DNA from: Candidatus Eiseniibacteriota bacterium
GTDB taxonomy: Bacteria > Eisenbacteria > RBG-16-71-46 > DASYSL01
Direction: 5' to 3'
Assembly (NCBI GenBank): GCA_050733935.1
Contig: JBOHUC010000176.1
Coordinates: 1,869 to 65,868, forward strand
Length of the DNA: 64,000 nucleotides
Positions within the stretch are counted from its first letter, which is position 1, and each line of letters opens with the position of its first letter. This document shows positions 35,113-43,595 of the stretch, one piece after another. The notes beneath the pieces are model-generated. The model worked only from the letters and a program-made list of their open reading frames with translations, did no database searches and was not told the DNA's origin. Position numbers and translations under genes: made by a program.

Positions 35113-37866
35113 ATGGGATCCCCCCTCCTGGACCCGCTCGCATCGCAGGCCACGGGTTTCCTCGTGGTACTCGTGCTCAAAGCCACTCTGGTTCTCGGGG
35201 GCGGGGCGATCGTCACGCGGCTTCTTGCGCGACGTTCCGCGGCGCTGCGTCACGGCGTGTGGACGCTGGCCGTGGCCGCGCTCCTCGTTCTCCCCGGGGT
35301 CCAGGCCCTGGCCCCGCCGCTGGCCACGCCGCTTTCGCTCGCGATTCCTCGGTCTTCGCTCGCTTCGGGACCGGCGACCTCGCCTTCCGCCATCGCCTCT
35401 CGAAGCCCGGAAGTCCCTCACCAGTCCGCACCTCGCGAGACGCAGCGCTCCGCGCCGTCGTCCTCGTCTTCGTCGATCGGCGTTGCGCCCCAGGCGCCGC
35501 CGAACGTTCGTCCCGCCGACACCGGATTCGCGTTCTCGTGGCCCGTCGCCGCCCTTCTCGGCTGGCTCCTCGGAGCCGTTGTTGTGCTCGCCTACTTCGC
35601 GGCCGGTCGCATCACGCTGGCCCGCATCTCCGCGGGCGCGCACCGCATCGACAACTCCACGTGGCTCTCCGTTGCGACGGAAGTCGCGGAACGTCTGGGC
35701 GTCCGGCAACCGCTTCGCTTTCTCACATCCGATTCCGCGGTCGGGCCCATGACCTGGGGAATTCGCAATCCGACGGTTCTGCTTCCGGCCAAAGCTGCGG
35801 CCTGGCCGGCCGAGCAGCAGCGCTCCTTTCTGCTCCACGAGCTCGCACACGTCGCCCGCCGGGACTGCGCAATCCAGGACCTCGCTCATCTCGTCTGCGC
35901 TTTCTACTGGTTCCACCCCGGGGTGTGGTACGCCGCCCATCGCCTTCGCGTCGAGCGCGAGCGCGCGTGTGACGACATCGTGCTCGCGGACGGGGCCAGT
36001 GCCGAGAGCTACGCGGAGCACCTGCTCGAAGTCGTGCGCTCGGCCCGCACCCCGCGCGGGGCACTGTCCGTGTCGGGAGCGGCGATGGCCGCGCCGTCGC
36101 AGCTCGAGACTCGTGTGCGCGCCCTCCTCGACGGGTCGCTGGACCGCCGCGGCATCGGCCGGCGTCGGGCCGTCACGGGCGCCCTGTTCGCGCTCGCGCT
36201 CACGATGCCGTTGGCCGCACTCGCTCCGGCAACGCGCACGGCCTCCGCGCGTGAAGCCGCCGCTGCGCAACCGGCGCAACCGGCCCCACCGGCCGGCGCA
36301 CAGCAGGCCGAGGACACAAACGGGACCCTTGCGGAACGCTGGCAACTTGCGATCGAGGATGGGCGCAGGCAGTTCAACGGCGAGGATTTCTGGATTGTCT
36401 ACGCAATCGAGTTCCGTGGGCGTGAAGGGCGGAAGGGACGGAAGGAACCCGAGACCCTGTTCTCGGACAGCGAGGGCTGGGACCTGGACGACCTCGAACG
36501 GCACGGTCCTTCCTTCGCCGAGCGCTTCGGCTATTCCCCCGAAGATGTCGTCTTCCTGTTCCGCGTCCGTGCAAAGAGCTCCGGAACGAACCCGGCGTTC
36601 GAACGCATCTCGATCCGAAGCGCACGTCTCTCCCCCCCGCTCGGGGGATTGTCGGTTGTCTCGATGGGGCGACGAGGGATCGAAGAGAGCTTCGACTGGC
36701 TGAGCACGCGCCTCGACCGGGCGCCGCAGGATCTGCGCGCGGCCGTGCTCGTCACGGCTCTCTCGCTCCACGCCTCGCCGCGTACGCAGCCGCTGCTCGA
36801 GAAGATTCTCGACAGCTCCCGTAACAGCGACCTGCGCCTCGAGGCCGCCGAAGGCCTCGGCCGGCATCCGGGTGCTCGCACGCTCGAAAGGCTGGTCGAG
36901 CTCGCACGCAACGATCGGTCCCTGGACGTCCGGCGCGAGGCGGCGGAGACGGTCGGCGATCTCGAATACGCCCCGGCCACGAACGCGCTGATCGCGCTCT
37001 GCCGCGAGCTCGACGACGAGTCCGTGCGCGCCGAGGCCGTCGAGTCTCTCGGGAAACGCGAGCCGGAGAAGGTCCTTCCTGTCCTGCTCGAGATCACGGA
37101 CCGCGATCCGTCCGAGACGGTGCGGCGGGAAGCCGTGGAAACGATCGGCGATCTCGAATACGCCCCGGCCACGAACGTGCTCACCGACCTCTGTCGAAAG
37201 CACAAGGACGAGTCGGTGCGCGCCGAGGCCGTCGAAACTCTCGGGAAACGCGAGCCGGAGAAGGTCATTCCGGTCCTGCTCGAGATCACCGACCGGGATC
37301 CGTCGGAAACGGTCCGGCGCGAGGCCGTGGAAACGATCGGCGACCTCGACTACGCCCCGGCCACGAACGTGCTCATCGATCTTTGCCGCAAGCACAAAGA
37401 CGAGTCCGTGCGTTCCGAGGCCGTCGAAACTCTCGGGAAACGCGAGCCGGAGAAGGTCATTCCTGTCCTGCTCGAGATCACCGACCGCGATCCGTCGGAA
37501 ACGGTCCGGCGTGAGGCCGTTGAAACGATCGGCGACCTCGACTACGCCCCGGCCACGAACGTGCTCATTGATCTCTGCCGCAAGCACAAGGACGAGGCGG
37601 TGCGCGCCGAGGCCGTCGAGTCTCTCGGGGATCGCGAGCCCGAGCGGGTCGTTCCCGTTCTGGTCGAGATCACCGACCGCGATCCGTCGGAAACCGTCCG
37701 GCGCGAGGCGGTCGAGACGCTCGGCGAACTCCCGGGAATTGCGGGGCTCGAGCCGCTCCGTCGCATGGCAATGCACAGCAAGGACCCCGCGGTCCGCGAC
37801 GAGGCGATCGAGACCTTGAGCGATCTCGGACAGCGGGCGGAAATGGCGAAGCACCGCAAGGATTGA
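35113..37866 (+). CDS. BlaR1/MecR1-like M56 peptidase signal transducer with C-terminal HEAT-repeat array
   Basis: Starts 3 nt after the repressor's stop codon (2-nt spacer). HELAH zinc motif at 35836-35850 within FLLHELAHVARRD. Four TM segments. The C-terminal half has PBS-lyase/HEAT-like repeats (DPSETVRREAVETIGDL...). Confidence 0.85.
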   Translation: MGSPLLDPLASQATGFLVVLVLKATLVLGGGAIVTRLLARRSAALRHGVWTLAVAALLVLPGVQALAPPLATPLSLAIPRSSLASGPATSPSAIASRSPEVPHQSAPRETQRSAPSSSSSSIGVAPQAPPNVRPADTGFAFSWPVAALLGWLLGAVVVLAYFAAGRITLARISAGAHRIDNSTWLSVATEVAERLGVRQPLRFLTSDSAVGPMTWGIRNPTVLLPAKAAAWPAEQQRSFLLHELAHVARRDCAIQDLAHLVCAFYWFHPGVWYAAHRLRVERERACDDIVLADGASAESYAEHLLEVVRSARTPRGALSVSGAAMAAPSQLETRVRALLDGSLDRRGIGRRRAVTGALFALALTMPLAALAPATRTASAREAAAAQPAQPAPPAGAQQAEDTNGTLAERWQLAIEDGRRQFNGEDFWIVYAIEFRGREGRKGRKEPETLFSDSEGWDLDDLERHGPSFAERFGYSPEDVVFLFRVRAKSSGTNPAFERISIRSARLSPPLGGLSVVSMGRRGIEESFDWLSTRLDRAPQDLRAAVLVTALSLHASPRTQPLLEKILDSSRNSDLRLEAAEGLGRHPGARTLERLVELARNDRSLDVRREAAETVGDLEYAPATNALIALCRELDDESVRAEAVESLGKREPEKVLPVLLEITDRDPSETVRREAVETIGDLEYAPATNVLTDLCRKHKDESVRAEAVETLGKREPEKVIPVLLEITDRDPSETVRREAVETIGDLDYAPATNVLIDLCRKHKDESVRSEAVETLGKREPEKVIPVLLEITDRDPSETVRREAVETIGDLDYAPATNVLIDLCRKHKDEAVRAEAVESLGDREPERVVPVLVEITDRDPSETVRREAVETLGELPGIAGLEPLRRMAMHSKDPAVRDEAIETLSDLGQRAEMAKHRKD
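36970..37737 (+). repeat. four near-identical in-frame 192-bp tandem repeats (64-aa double-HEAT units)
   Basis: GCCCCGGCCACGAAC recurs at 36970, 37162, 37354 and 37546. The units encode APATNVL.DLCRKHKDESVRAEAVETLGKREPEKVIPVLLEITDRDPSETVRREAVETIGDL.Y. Confidence 0.9.
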
Positions 37867-37867
37867 C

Positions 37868-38143
37868 CTACGCGAGTCGGAGCAGCAGGAGCGCCGGCAG
37901 GAGCAGAACGACCGACGTGACGAGCCACCATCGGGCCTGTGCGCGGCCTTCGCGCACGGCCCCGGCTCCGATCGCCGTCGTGACGATCGCCCCCACCATC
38001 GCGAAGAGCACCACCCCCACGGCCATCAGGCCGCGATTGACGCAGCCAAGCACTTCGACAGGAGTGAAATAGAGGGCGAGGAGCGCGAGCGACGCCACGC
38101 TCGGCAGGCCGACGTGGCGCACGATGGGTGATTTCGTGACCAT
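37868..38143 (-). CDS. small membrane protein, unknown function
   Basis: 91-aa ORF with three hydrophobic segments. No domain recognised. Confidence 0.4.
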   Translation of the reverse strand: MVTKSPIVRHVGLPSVASLALLALYFTPVEVLGCVNRGLMAVGVVLFAMVGAIVTTAIGAGAVREGRAQARWWLVTSVVLLLPALLLLRLA

Positions 38144-38312
38144 GCGAGATCTCCGGACTTTCCGACGCTCGATGCCGCATTGTTATCGGTTGAAACACCC
38201 CTTCGCTTGACCACGCAAAGTCGATGTGGAAAATCCCGTGCCCCGGTTGCGGACGACGTCGCGCGCGTCATGATGGAGGGGAGGGAGCGCGGGAGATCGA
38301 AGGAGGTTTCTC

Positions 38313-38720
38313 ATGTTGCGGGACAGGAACGTCGGCGCAACGATCGCGGTTCGCGACCTGTCGGCGGCTCGCAAGTTCTACGAAGGAACGCTCGGGTTCC
38401 GCCCGGTCGAGACCGAGGGCGACGAGGGCGTAATCTACGGGAGTGGCGCATCGAAGTTCTTCGTCTACCGCTCCCAGTTCGCGGGCACGAACCGCGCGAC
38501 GGCCGCGACCTGGATGGTTGGAGACGAAGTCGACGAGATCGTGCGCGCGCTCAAGAGCAAGGGCGTCCGGTTCGAGCACTATGATTTCCCGGACGCGCGG
38601 CTCGAGGGCGACGTGCACGTCATGGGCGACATGCGCAACGCCTGGTTCAAGGACCCGGACGGAAACATCCTGAGTGTCGTGAACGGCCACCACGCCGATC
38701 GTCGCGTGTCCGCAGGCTGA
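38313..38720 (+). CDS. VOC-family (glyoxalase/bleomycin-resistance/dioxygenase) protein
   Basis: GAAGGAGG RBS. VGATIAVRDLSAARKFYEGTLGF...AWFKDPDGNILSV. Confidence 0.8.
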   Translation: MLRDRNVGATIAVRDLSAARKFYEGTLGFRPVETEGDEGVIYGSGASKFFVYRSQFAGTNRATAATWMVGDEVDEIVRALKSKGVRFEHYDFPDARLEGDVHVMGDMRNAWFKDPDGNILSVVNGHHADRRVSAG

Positions 38721-38762
38721 GCCTCATCGGCCCGACCAACCTCTGCCCTCGAACGAATCCGG

Positions 38763-38797
38763 GCGGCGCGTGGGACTCCTCCACGCGCCGCTCTTCT
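38763..38797 (+). terminator. rho-independent-like terminator
   Basis: GCGGCGCGTGG-7 nt loop-CCACGCGCCGC followed by TCTTCT, 43 nt after the VOC stop. Confidence 0.55.
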
Positions 38798-38981
38798 GAG
38801 CGGCAGCCCCCGCAGCACTCCTGACACTCCGTTTGTACAAACGTCCTTCCTTCGTTCCGATTCGGCACAGGTCACCGCTTGCAGGTGCACAAGTTAGCTC
38901 TTTCCAGGTAACGGACCGAATCTTGCGGTTCGTCTCCTTGTCGAATCGGGGACATTTCGGCCATTTCGAGTGCACGCATTC

Positions 38982-40829
38982 ATGAAACGGAGTCTGGACA
39001 TGCGAATCCTGCTCTCCCTGTTCGCCGCATTCCTTTTCCTGTCGGCTTCGATCGCCCCGCCTGCCACAAGTGCGGGCGCGGCGCGAACAGGGACCCGCCT
39101 GTCCGCCAGCACGACTGCGAAAGCGTCCGGGAAGGCGACCGCGGCTCCAGCGTCCGGCACACGGACGGCGCTCAAGACCGTGATCCGCTCGGGCCGCCAC
39201 CCGGACCTCAAGTGGCCGGCGTTCGCCGAGTTTCGCGGAGAGCTCGAGCGTCTCTACGAGCCCGGCGGCTGGCAGCCGCTGTGGTCGGACGGCAGGCGTC
39301 CGTCGGATGCGGCGCAGAAGCTCATCGAGCGCCTGCTCGCGGCCGAGACTCTGGGGCTCGATCCGGCGGACTACGACGCGGTGTGGCTCAAGAACACGGC
39401 GGCCCGACTGGCGAAGCAGCATGGCTCCCCGCCCGAGCAGCTCCAACGGTTCGATCTCGCGCTCTCGGTCGCGGCGGTGCGATTCGTGACCGCGCTCGAC
39501 TGCGGGCGCGTCAACCCCCGCACGCTGACCGACGAAGTCCTGACGCCGGTGTGTCGTGACCCGGCACCGATCGTCGATTCGCTGAGGGTCGCGAAGCAGC
39601 AGTCGGCCGTGCTCGAGCGGATCGAGCCGCGTTTCCGCCACTACCAGCTGCTCAAGACGAGCCTCGCCCGGTATCGCGAGCTGGCGAGCGACGCCACGGT
39701 CGCGCCGGTCACGGACCTCCCACGCGACGTGAAGCCCGGTATGGCGCTCCGGGCCGCACCCCGACTTCGCCGCCTGCTCGCGGCCACGGGCGATCTCTCC
39801 CGCGGCAACCGTCCGAAGCCGGCCGCGGACACACTCTACTCGGCGGATCTCGTCCAGGCGGTGAAGCGCTTTCAGCGGCGCATGGGACTCCTGCCGGACG
39901 GCGTGATCTGGTTTCAGACGGCCGAGGAGCTCGCGCGGCCATTCGAGCATCGCATTCGCCAGATCGAGCTCGCGCTCGAGCGATGGCGCTGGATGCCGCC
40001 GTCGTTCGACACGCCGCCGGTCCTCGTCAACCTTCCGGCGTTTCGTCTCTATGCGCTCCGCGGCCCCGTCGATCGAGAGCAGGACATCCTCGCGATGGAT
40101 GTCCTGGCCGGTTCCGCAAACAGCCACGAGACGCCTTCGTTCACCGCGGAGATGACGCACGTCGTGTTCCGGCCGTTCTGGAATCCGCCACTCGAGATCA
40201 TGACCGACGAGCTCGGGACGCGCGCCCTCTGGGACCGTGAGAATCTCGAGAGCCACGGCTACGTGTTGGTCGAAAGCGACGCCGACGACGCGCCGGTCCT
40301 TCCCATGACGCCCGAGAACCTCGCGCGGGTCGGGAAGAACCTGCGCATCCGCCAGCGTCCGGGGCCGCAGAATGCGCTCGGCCTCGTCAAGTTCATGCTT
40401 CCCAATCCGCACGAGATCTATCTGCACGACACGCCCGCCAAGGGGCTGTTCGCGATGTCCCGCAGGGACTACAGCCACGGCTGCATACGGGTGAGCGAGC
40501 CGGTGGCGCTCGCCGAGCTCCTGCTCGAACAACAGCCGGGGTGGGACAAGAATCGGATTCGGGAGGCGATGGAGAACGGTCCGGACAACGTGCGCGTGGA
40601 TCTCGAACGGCCGGTGCCGGTCTACGTGCTGTACGCGACGGCGGCCGCGGCGGAAAACGGCGAGGTGTACTTCTACTCGGACGTTTACGGACGGGACGCG
40701 GAGCTCGATGCGCTACTGCGGAAGGGTTACCCGTATCCGAAGACGGAGCTCAGGGCCGAGCTGCGCACCGCGGCCGAGGCGGATCAGGGAAGGATTTCGA
40801 CCGACGTGCCGAGCGGCACGACCCGATAA
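38982..40829 (+). CDS. L,D-transpeptidase of the YcbB/LdtD type (PG-binding domain + YkuD domain)
   Basis: Signal peptide. PG_binding_1-like LVQAVKRFQRRMGLLPDGVI. The catalytic region is IYLHDTPAKGLFAMSRRDYSHGCIRVSEP. Confidence 0.85.
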   Translation: MKRSLDMRILLSLFAAFLFLSASIAPPATSAGAARTGTRLSASTTAKASGKATAAPASGTRTALKTVIRSGRHPDLKWPAFAEFRGELERLYEPGGWQPLWSDGRRPSDAAQKLIERLLAAETLGLDPADYDAVWLKNTAARLAKQHGSPPEQLQRFDLALSVAAVRFVTALDCGRVNPRTLTDEVLTPVCRDPAPIVDSLRVAKQQSAVLERIEPRFRHYQLLKTSLARYRELASDATVAPVTDLPRDVKPGMALRAAPRLRRLLAATGDLSRGNRPKPAADTLYSADLVQAVKRFQRRMGLLPDGVIWFQTAEELARPFEHRIRQIELALERWRWMPPSFDTPPVLVNLPAFRLYALRGPVDREQDILAMDVLAGSANSHETPSFTAEMTHVVFRPFWNPPLEIMTDELGTRALWDRENLESHGYVLVESDADDAPVLPMTPENLARVGKNLRIRQRPGPQNALGLVKFMLPNPHEIYLHDTPAKGLFAMSRRDYSHGCIRVSEPVALAELLLEQQPGWDKNRIREAMENGPDNVRVDLERPVPVYVLYATAAAAENGEVYFYSDVYGRDAELDALLRKGYPYPKTELRAELRTAAEADQGRISTDVPSGTTR

Positions 40830-41434
40830 AGCTCCTGGATGTCCGAGTTGTCGAGCGCAACGCATCCCCACGTCCAATCGGCGCCCGAGCCGAAGCCGTG
40901 GATGAAGATCTCGCCGCCAAGCTTCGTGTTCCACGGCGGAGTCGCCTTTGCGTTCCATGCGGCGACGATTCGATCGCGCTGGCGCGGCGTGATGAGTCCG
41001 GCGGCGAGTCCGCGGTCGGCGTCCGCCGGGCCGGGATAGCTCAGGCCCAGGGAGAGCTCGAACTTGCTCTGCGGATTCTTCATGCAGATGTAGTACGTGC
41101 CTTCCGGAGTCGCGTAGTCGCCCTGTCGCTCCTTCGGGGGCACGGGATTGAGCCCGAGCGCGACACGATACGTGCGAAGCGGCGTGCCCGCGGAAAGGAG
41201 ATGGAGCTCCCGCTTCGCCTTGTGAATGACGAGGCTTGGCGAGTCGATTTGATCCGGAAGGGTCGGGCGCACGCCCGGCTCGCTCACGAGGAACGCCGCA
41301 AGAAGCATCAGGAACACGGAAACAGCCCTCTTTGGTTCTTCTTTAGTTGCTCGGTTCTCGGGTTCAGGGCAGCCGATCGTCCGGCGACCGGCTCCAGCCG
41401 ACACTGATCCTAGCCCAGCCATCGGCCCGTTCAA
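40784..41434 (-). CDS. L,D-transpeptidase (small YkuD-domain protein)
   Basis: LVIHKAKRELHLLSAGTPLRTYRVALG...IFIHGFGSGADWTWGCVALDNSDI. The start is uncertain; a GTG after AAGAGGG near 41308 is possible. The 3' end overlaps the convergent LdtD-like gene by 46 bp. Confidence 0.75.
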   Translation of the reverse strand: MNGPMAGLGSVSAGAGRRTIGCPEPENRATKEEPKRAVSVFLMLLAAFLVSEPGVRPTLPDQIDSPSLVIHKAKRELHLLSAGTPLRTYRVALGLNPVPPKERQGDYATPEGTYYICMKNPQSKFELSLGLSYPGPADADRGLAAGLITPRQRDRIVAAWNAKATPPWNTKLGGEIFIHGFGSGADWTWGCVALDNSDIQELYRVVPLGTSVEILP

Positions 41435-41540
41435 CAGTTCCTGATGCTGTTCCCTTCGATTCGGACCGGATCTGGAATTGTATTTTGCATCGCCCCCTGG
41501 ATCACCGCGCGAAGTGCCGGGAGCGGGTCGCTTGAAGGTT

Positions 41541-41573
41541 CAAAGAGAAACGCCCCCGCGGGAGCGGAGGCGT
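41541..41573 (-). terminator. rho-independent-like terminator on the minus strand
   Basis: Hairpin ACGCCTCCGC-tccc-GCGGGGGCGT (one mismatch) followed by TTTCTCTTTG on the minus strand, about 55 nt after the stop at 41627. Confidence 0.45.
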
Positions 41574-41626
41574 GTAGAGCGTTGAGCGAGGTGGATGCAG
41601 GCTCGGCGACGACCCGTGGCCCTGGA

Positions 41627-41809
41627 TCAGGCCCGTGTGCGCACCTCGAACAGGTAGCAGTCCCCGTAGTGGCCGTCGTCGACCCCCACGTCGAACAGCG
41701 CAAACTCGGCCTCCGGTGCCCCGTCCTCCATGTTCTCGAGCATGGCCACCACCTCCCCGGCCGAGGAAACAAGCGTGAGACCGACTTCGATGCCCGGGTG
41801 GGACCGCAT
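41627..41809 (-). CDS. possible 60-aa acidic protein, unknown function
   Basis: Its ATG overlaps the upstream stop by 1 nt (TGATG). There is no homology clue, so this is a weak call. Confidence 0.3.
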   Translation of the reverse strand: MRSHPGIEVGLTLVSSAGEVVAMLENMEDGAPEAEFALFDVGVDDGHYGDCYLFEVRTRA

Positions 41810-42084
41810 CAGCGCCTCCGCTCGGGGCCGGTGGCCTTCGCAAGACCGCTTCCCACTCCCATCGCGACGAGCGGGAGCACCCATCGCCCGACCTGTCGGC
41901 TCTGGGTGTGCCGGCCCACGCGATCGAGAAAGAAAGCGGTCGCGAACGAGCCGGCCGCCGCCCAGAAGAAGACGCTGGGCGGGACGACCGAGGTCTCCGG
42001 TTGGAGCGCGCTCGTAACGGCAGCCACGGGCCGTTCGGCGTGTGCCTCGGCTTCCTTGAGACGGGCGGCGAGTGTGCTGGCCAT
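41809..42084 (-). CDS. possible 91-aa membrane protein, unknown function
   Basis: GAGGAAAGGA RBS before the ATG at 42084. Two hydrophobic segments (VFFWAAAGSFATAFFL, WVLPLVAMGVGSGL). Confidence 0.4.
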   Translation of the reverse strand: MASTLAARLKEAEAHAERPVAAVTSALQPETSVVPPSVFFWAAAGSFATAFFLDRVGRHTQSRQVGRWVLPLVAMGVGSGLAKATGPERRR

Positions 42085-42315
42085 GGCGGTTCCTTTCCTC
42101 GTGTCTTCCTGTTGTGCTCCCGACCCGATGAGGTGGCGCGTGAAACCGACCGACGGTGGGATCGCCCGCAAACCAAGGCAAGGAATGTGCCGCCGGGAAA
42201 GTCCGCGCGAAGCCACGCGAAACGAGCGCCGCCGGGGTGACGGCGTTCCCATTCTTTCGCTCCCCGCCGGAAGTTCTTTCAACGAACCGGGGCCGGCGGG
42301 GAGCGAAGCTCAGTC

Positions 42316-42627
42316 TCAGCCCTCGATCTTGTAGATCTCCCTCCGACCCCCGTCCACGAGGTCGTGGTAGCCCTTCATGATGTTCTCGAACTCCTTCATG
42401 TCCTGCTCGTTGTGGCCGTTCCCGGACATCATCTCCTCGAACGCATCCATGCTCTTGACCTCCATCTCGGACACGAGCGTCCAGTAACGCTCGGCGCTGA
42501 GGTCGGTCATGATCTTCATTTTGGGCATGCCCATCTTGTCCATGAGCTTCGACATTGCGACGAACTTCTCGACCAGCGGGCGAACCTTGCCCGGCTTGCA
42601 GTACATGATCTCCCGGACGAGCAGCAT
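42316..42627 (-). CDS. Met-rich 103-aa protein, NIPSNAP / dimeric alpha-beta-barrel-like
   Basis: AAAGGAGA RBS before the ATG at 42627. VREIMYCKPGKVRPLVEKF...YWTLVSEMEVKSMDAFEEM pattern. I count 14 Met by hand. Confidence 0.6.
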   Translation of the reverse strand: MLLVREIMYCKPGKVRPLVEKFVAMSKLMDKMGMPKMKIMTDLSAERYWTLVSEMEVKSMDAFEEMMSGNGHNEQDMKEFENIMKGYHDLVDGGRREIYKIEG

Positions 42628-42650
42628 GCTGTCTCCTTTCTCAGGTTTTC

Positions 42651-43586
42651 CTACTCGGGCACTGCTTTCCAGGTGTTGTCCGGATCGAACGAGGTCATGG
42701 CAGCCACCACAGCATCCGTCTCCTCGCCCAGATCCTTCTGATAGACGACATCGTCCTGATTCACGATGAACGTCATGACACCACTGTTCCCCGGATCGGA
42801 GGGCCACGCGACGAGCGCAAAGCCCTTCGTGAGCACTCCGTTCGTGAAGTACTCGCGCGCTCCGCCCCGCGCATTTGAGCCCTGACGGTAGAGCATCCGG
42901 TACCGGTAACCGTGATAGGCCATCCCCTGCACCGCGCGATAGCCTTCGGCCGCGGCATCTCCCACGAACGGTCCCGCCGGGCTCGGCGGCTCATCGCCCG
43001 CGGTCGGCCAGTAGAGACCGTTCTGTCGGCCTTCGTCGCTCATGAGCTTCAAGGCGTAGATTCCCGCGGGGTCGCCGTCGTGGCCGGTCGATGCGTACTC
43101 CTTCTGTGCATCCACGAATCCGTGCGCCACTGCGATCGCGCCGAGCTCGTTCCGGCCGATGCGGCGGAACGCAATCTCATCGGTTCCCGCCTTGCCATCG
43201 AAATACCAGCGGCCACCCCGCTGCACGATGGGCACGGGGAGCGGCCAGTCCTGCTCGCCGACGATGAGCGTTCGTTTGTCCGCCCCGTCTTCGACCAGAG
43301 AGTGCTTTGCCCGGTACGCATCGAGAAACGCGTCCCGATCCGATCCGTCCTGCACGGGATCCCCGGTGGAGATCAGGTCCTCGCTGCCGGGCCCGAACAG
43401 CGTCGCGGACCTTTCCCGGTCGTGCGCCTCGAGGGCTGCGACCAGGGCGTCCACAGCCGCTTCGGGAGTCGCGAACGATTCGTGCGCTCCCGATCCCCCG
43501 CCGGATCCCGAGCAGCCCGTGAGCGTGATGATCGCGATCAACGCAATCGCTGGAACGCTGAGAACCGCGAAGCCTTTGCGTGCCAT
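42651..43586 (-). CDS. DUF2950-family lipoprotein
   Basis: AGGAGG lies 5 nt before the ATG at 43586 (alternative GTG at 43592). Lipobox LTGC. YHGYRYRMLYRQGSNARGGAREY...GFALVAWPSDPGNSGVMTFIVNQDDVVYQKDLG. Confidence 0.8.
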   Translation of the reverse strand: MARKGFAVLSVPAIALIAIITLTGCSGSGGGSGAHESFATPEAAVDALVAALEAHDRERSATLFGPGSEDLISTGDPVQDGSDRDAFLDAYRAKHSLVEDGADKRTLIVGEQDWPLPVPIVQRGGRWYFDGKAGTDEIAFRRIGRNELGAIAVAHGFVDAQKEYASTGHDGDPAGIYALKLMSDEGRQNGLYWPTAGDEPPSPAGPFVGDAAAEGYRAVQGMAYHGYRYRMLYRQGSNARGGAREYFTNGVLTKGFALVAWPSDPGNSGVMTFIVNQDDVVYQKDLGEETDAVVAAMTSFDPDNTWKAVPE

Positions 43587-43595
43587 GATCACCTC

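Noticed and set aside
41444-42334. 296-aa plus-strand ORF, and the 184-224-aa minus-strand ORFs, across the 41.4-42.3 kb region.
   Set aside because: The products are Arg/Gly/Pro-rich with no motifs. They span a terminator-like hairpin and overlap each other. Only the short segments with good RBS or coupling (41809-42084, 41627-41809) are kept, and those at low confidence.
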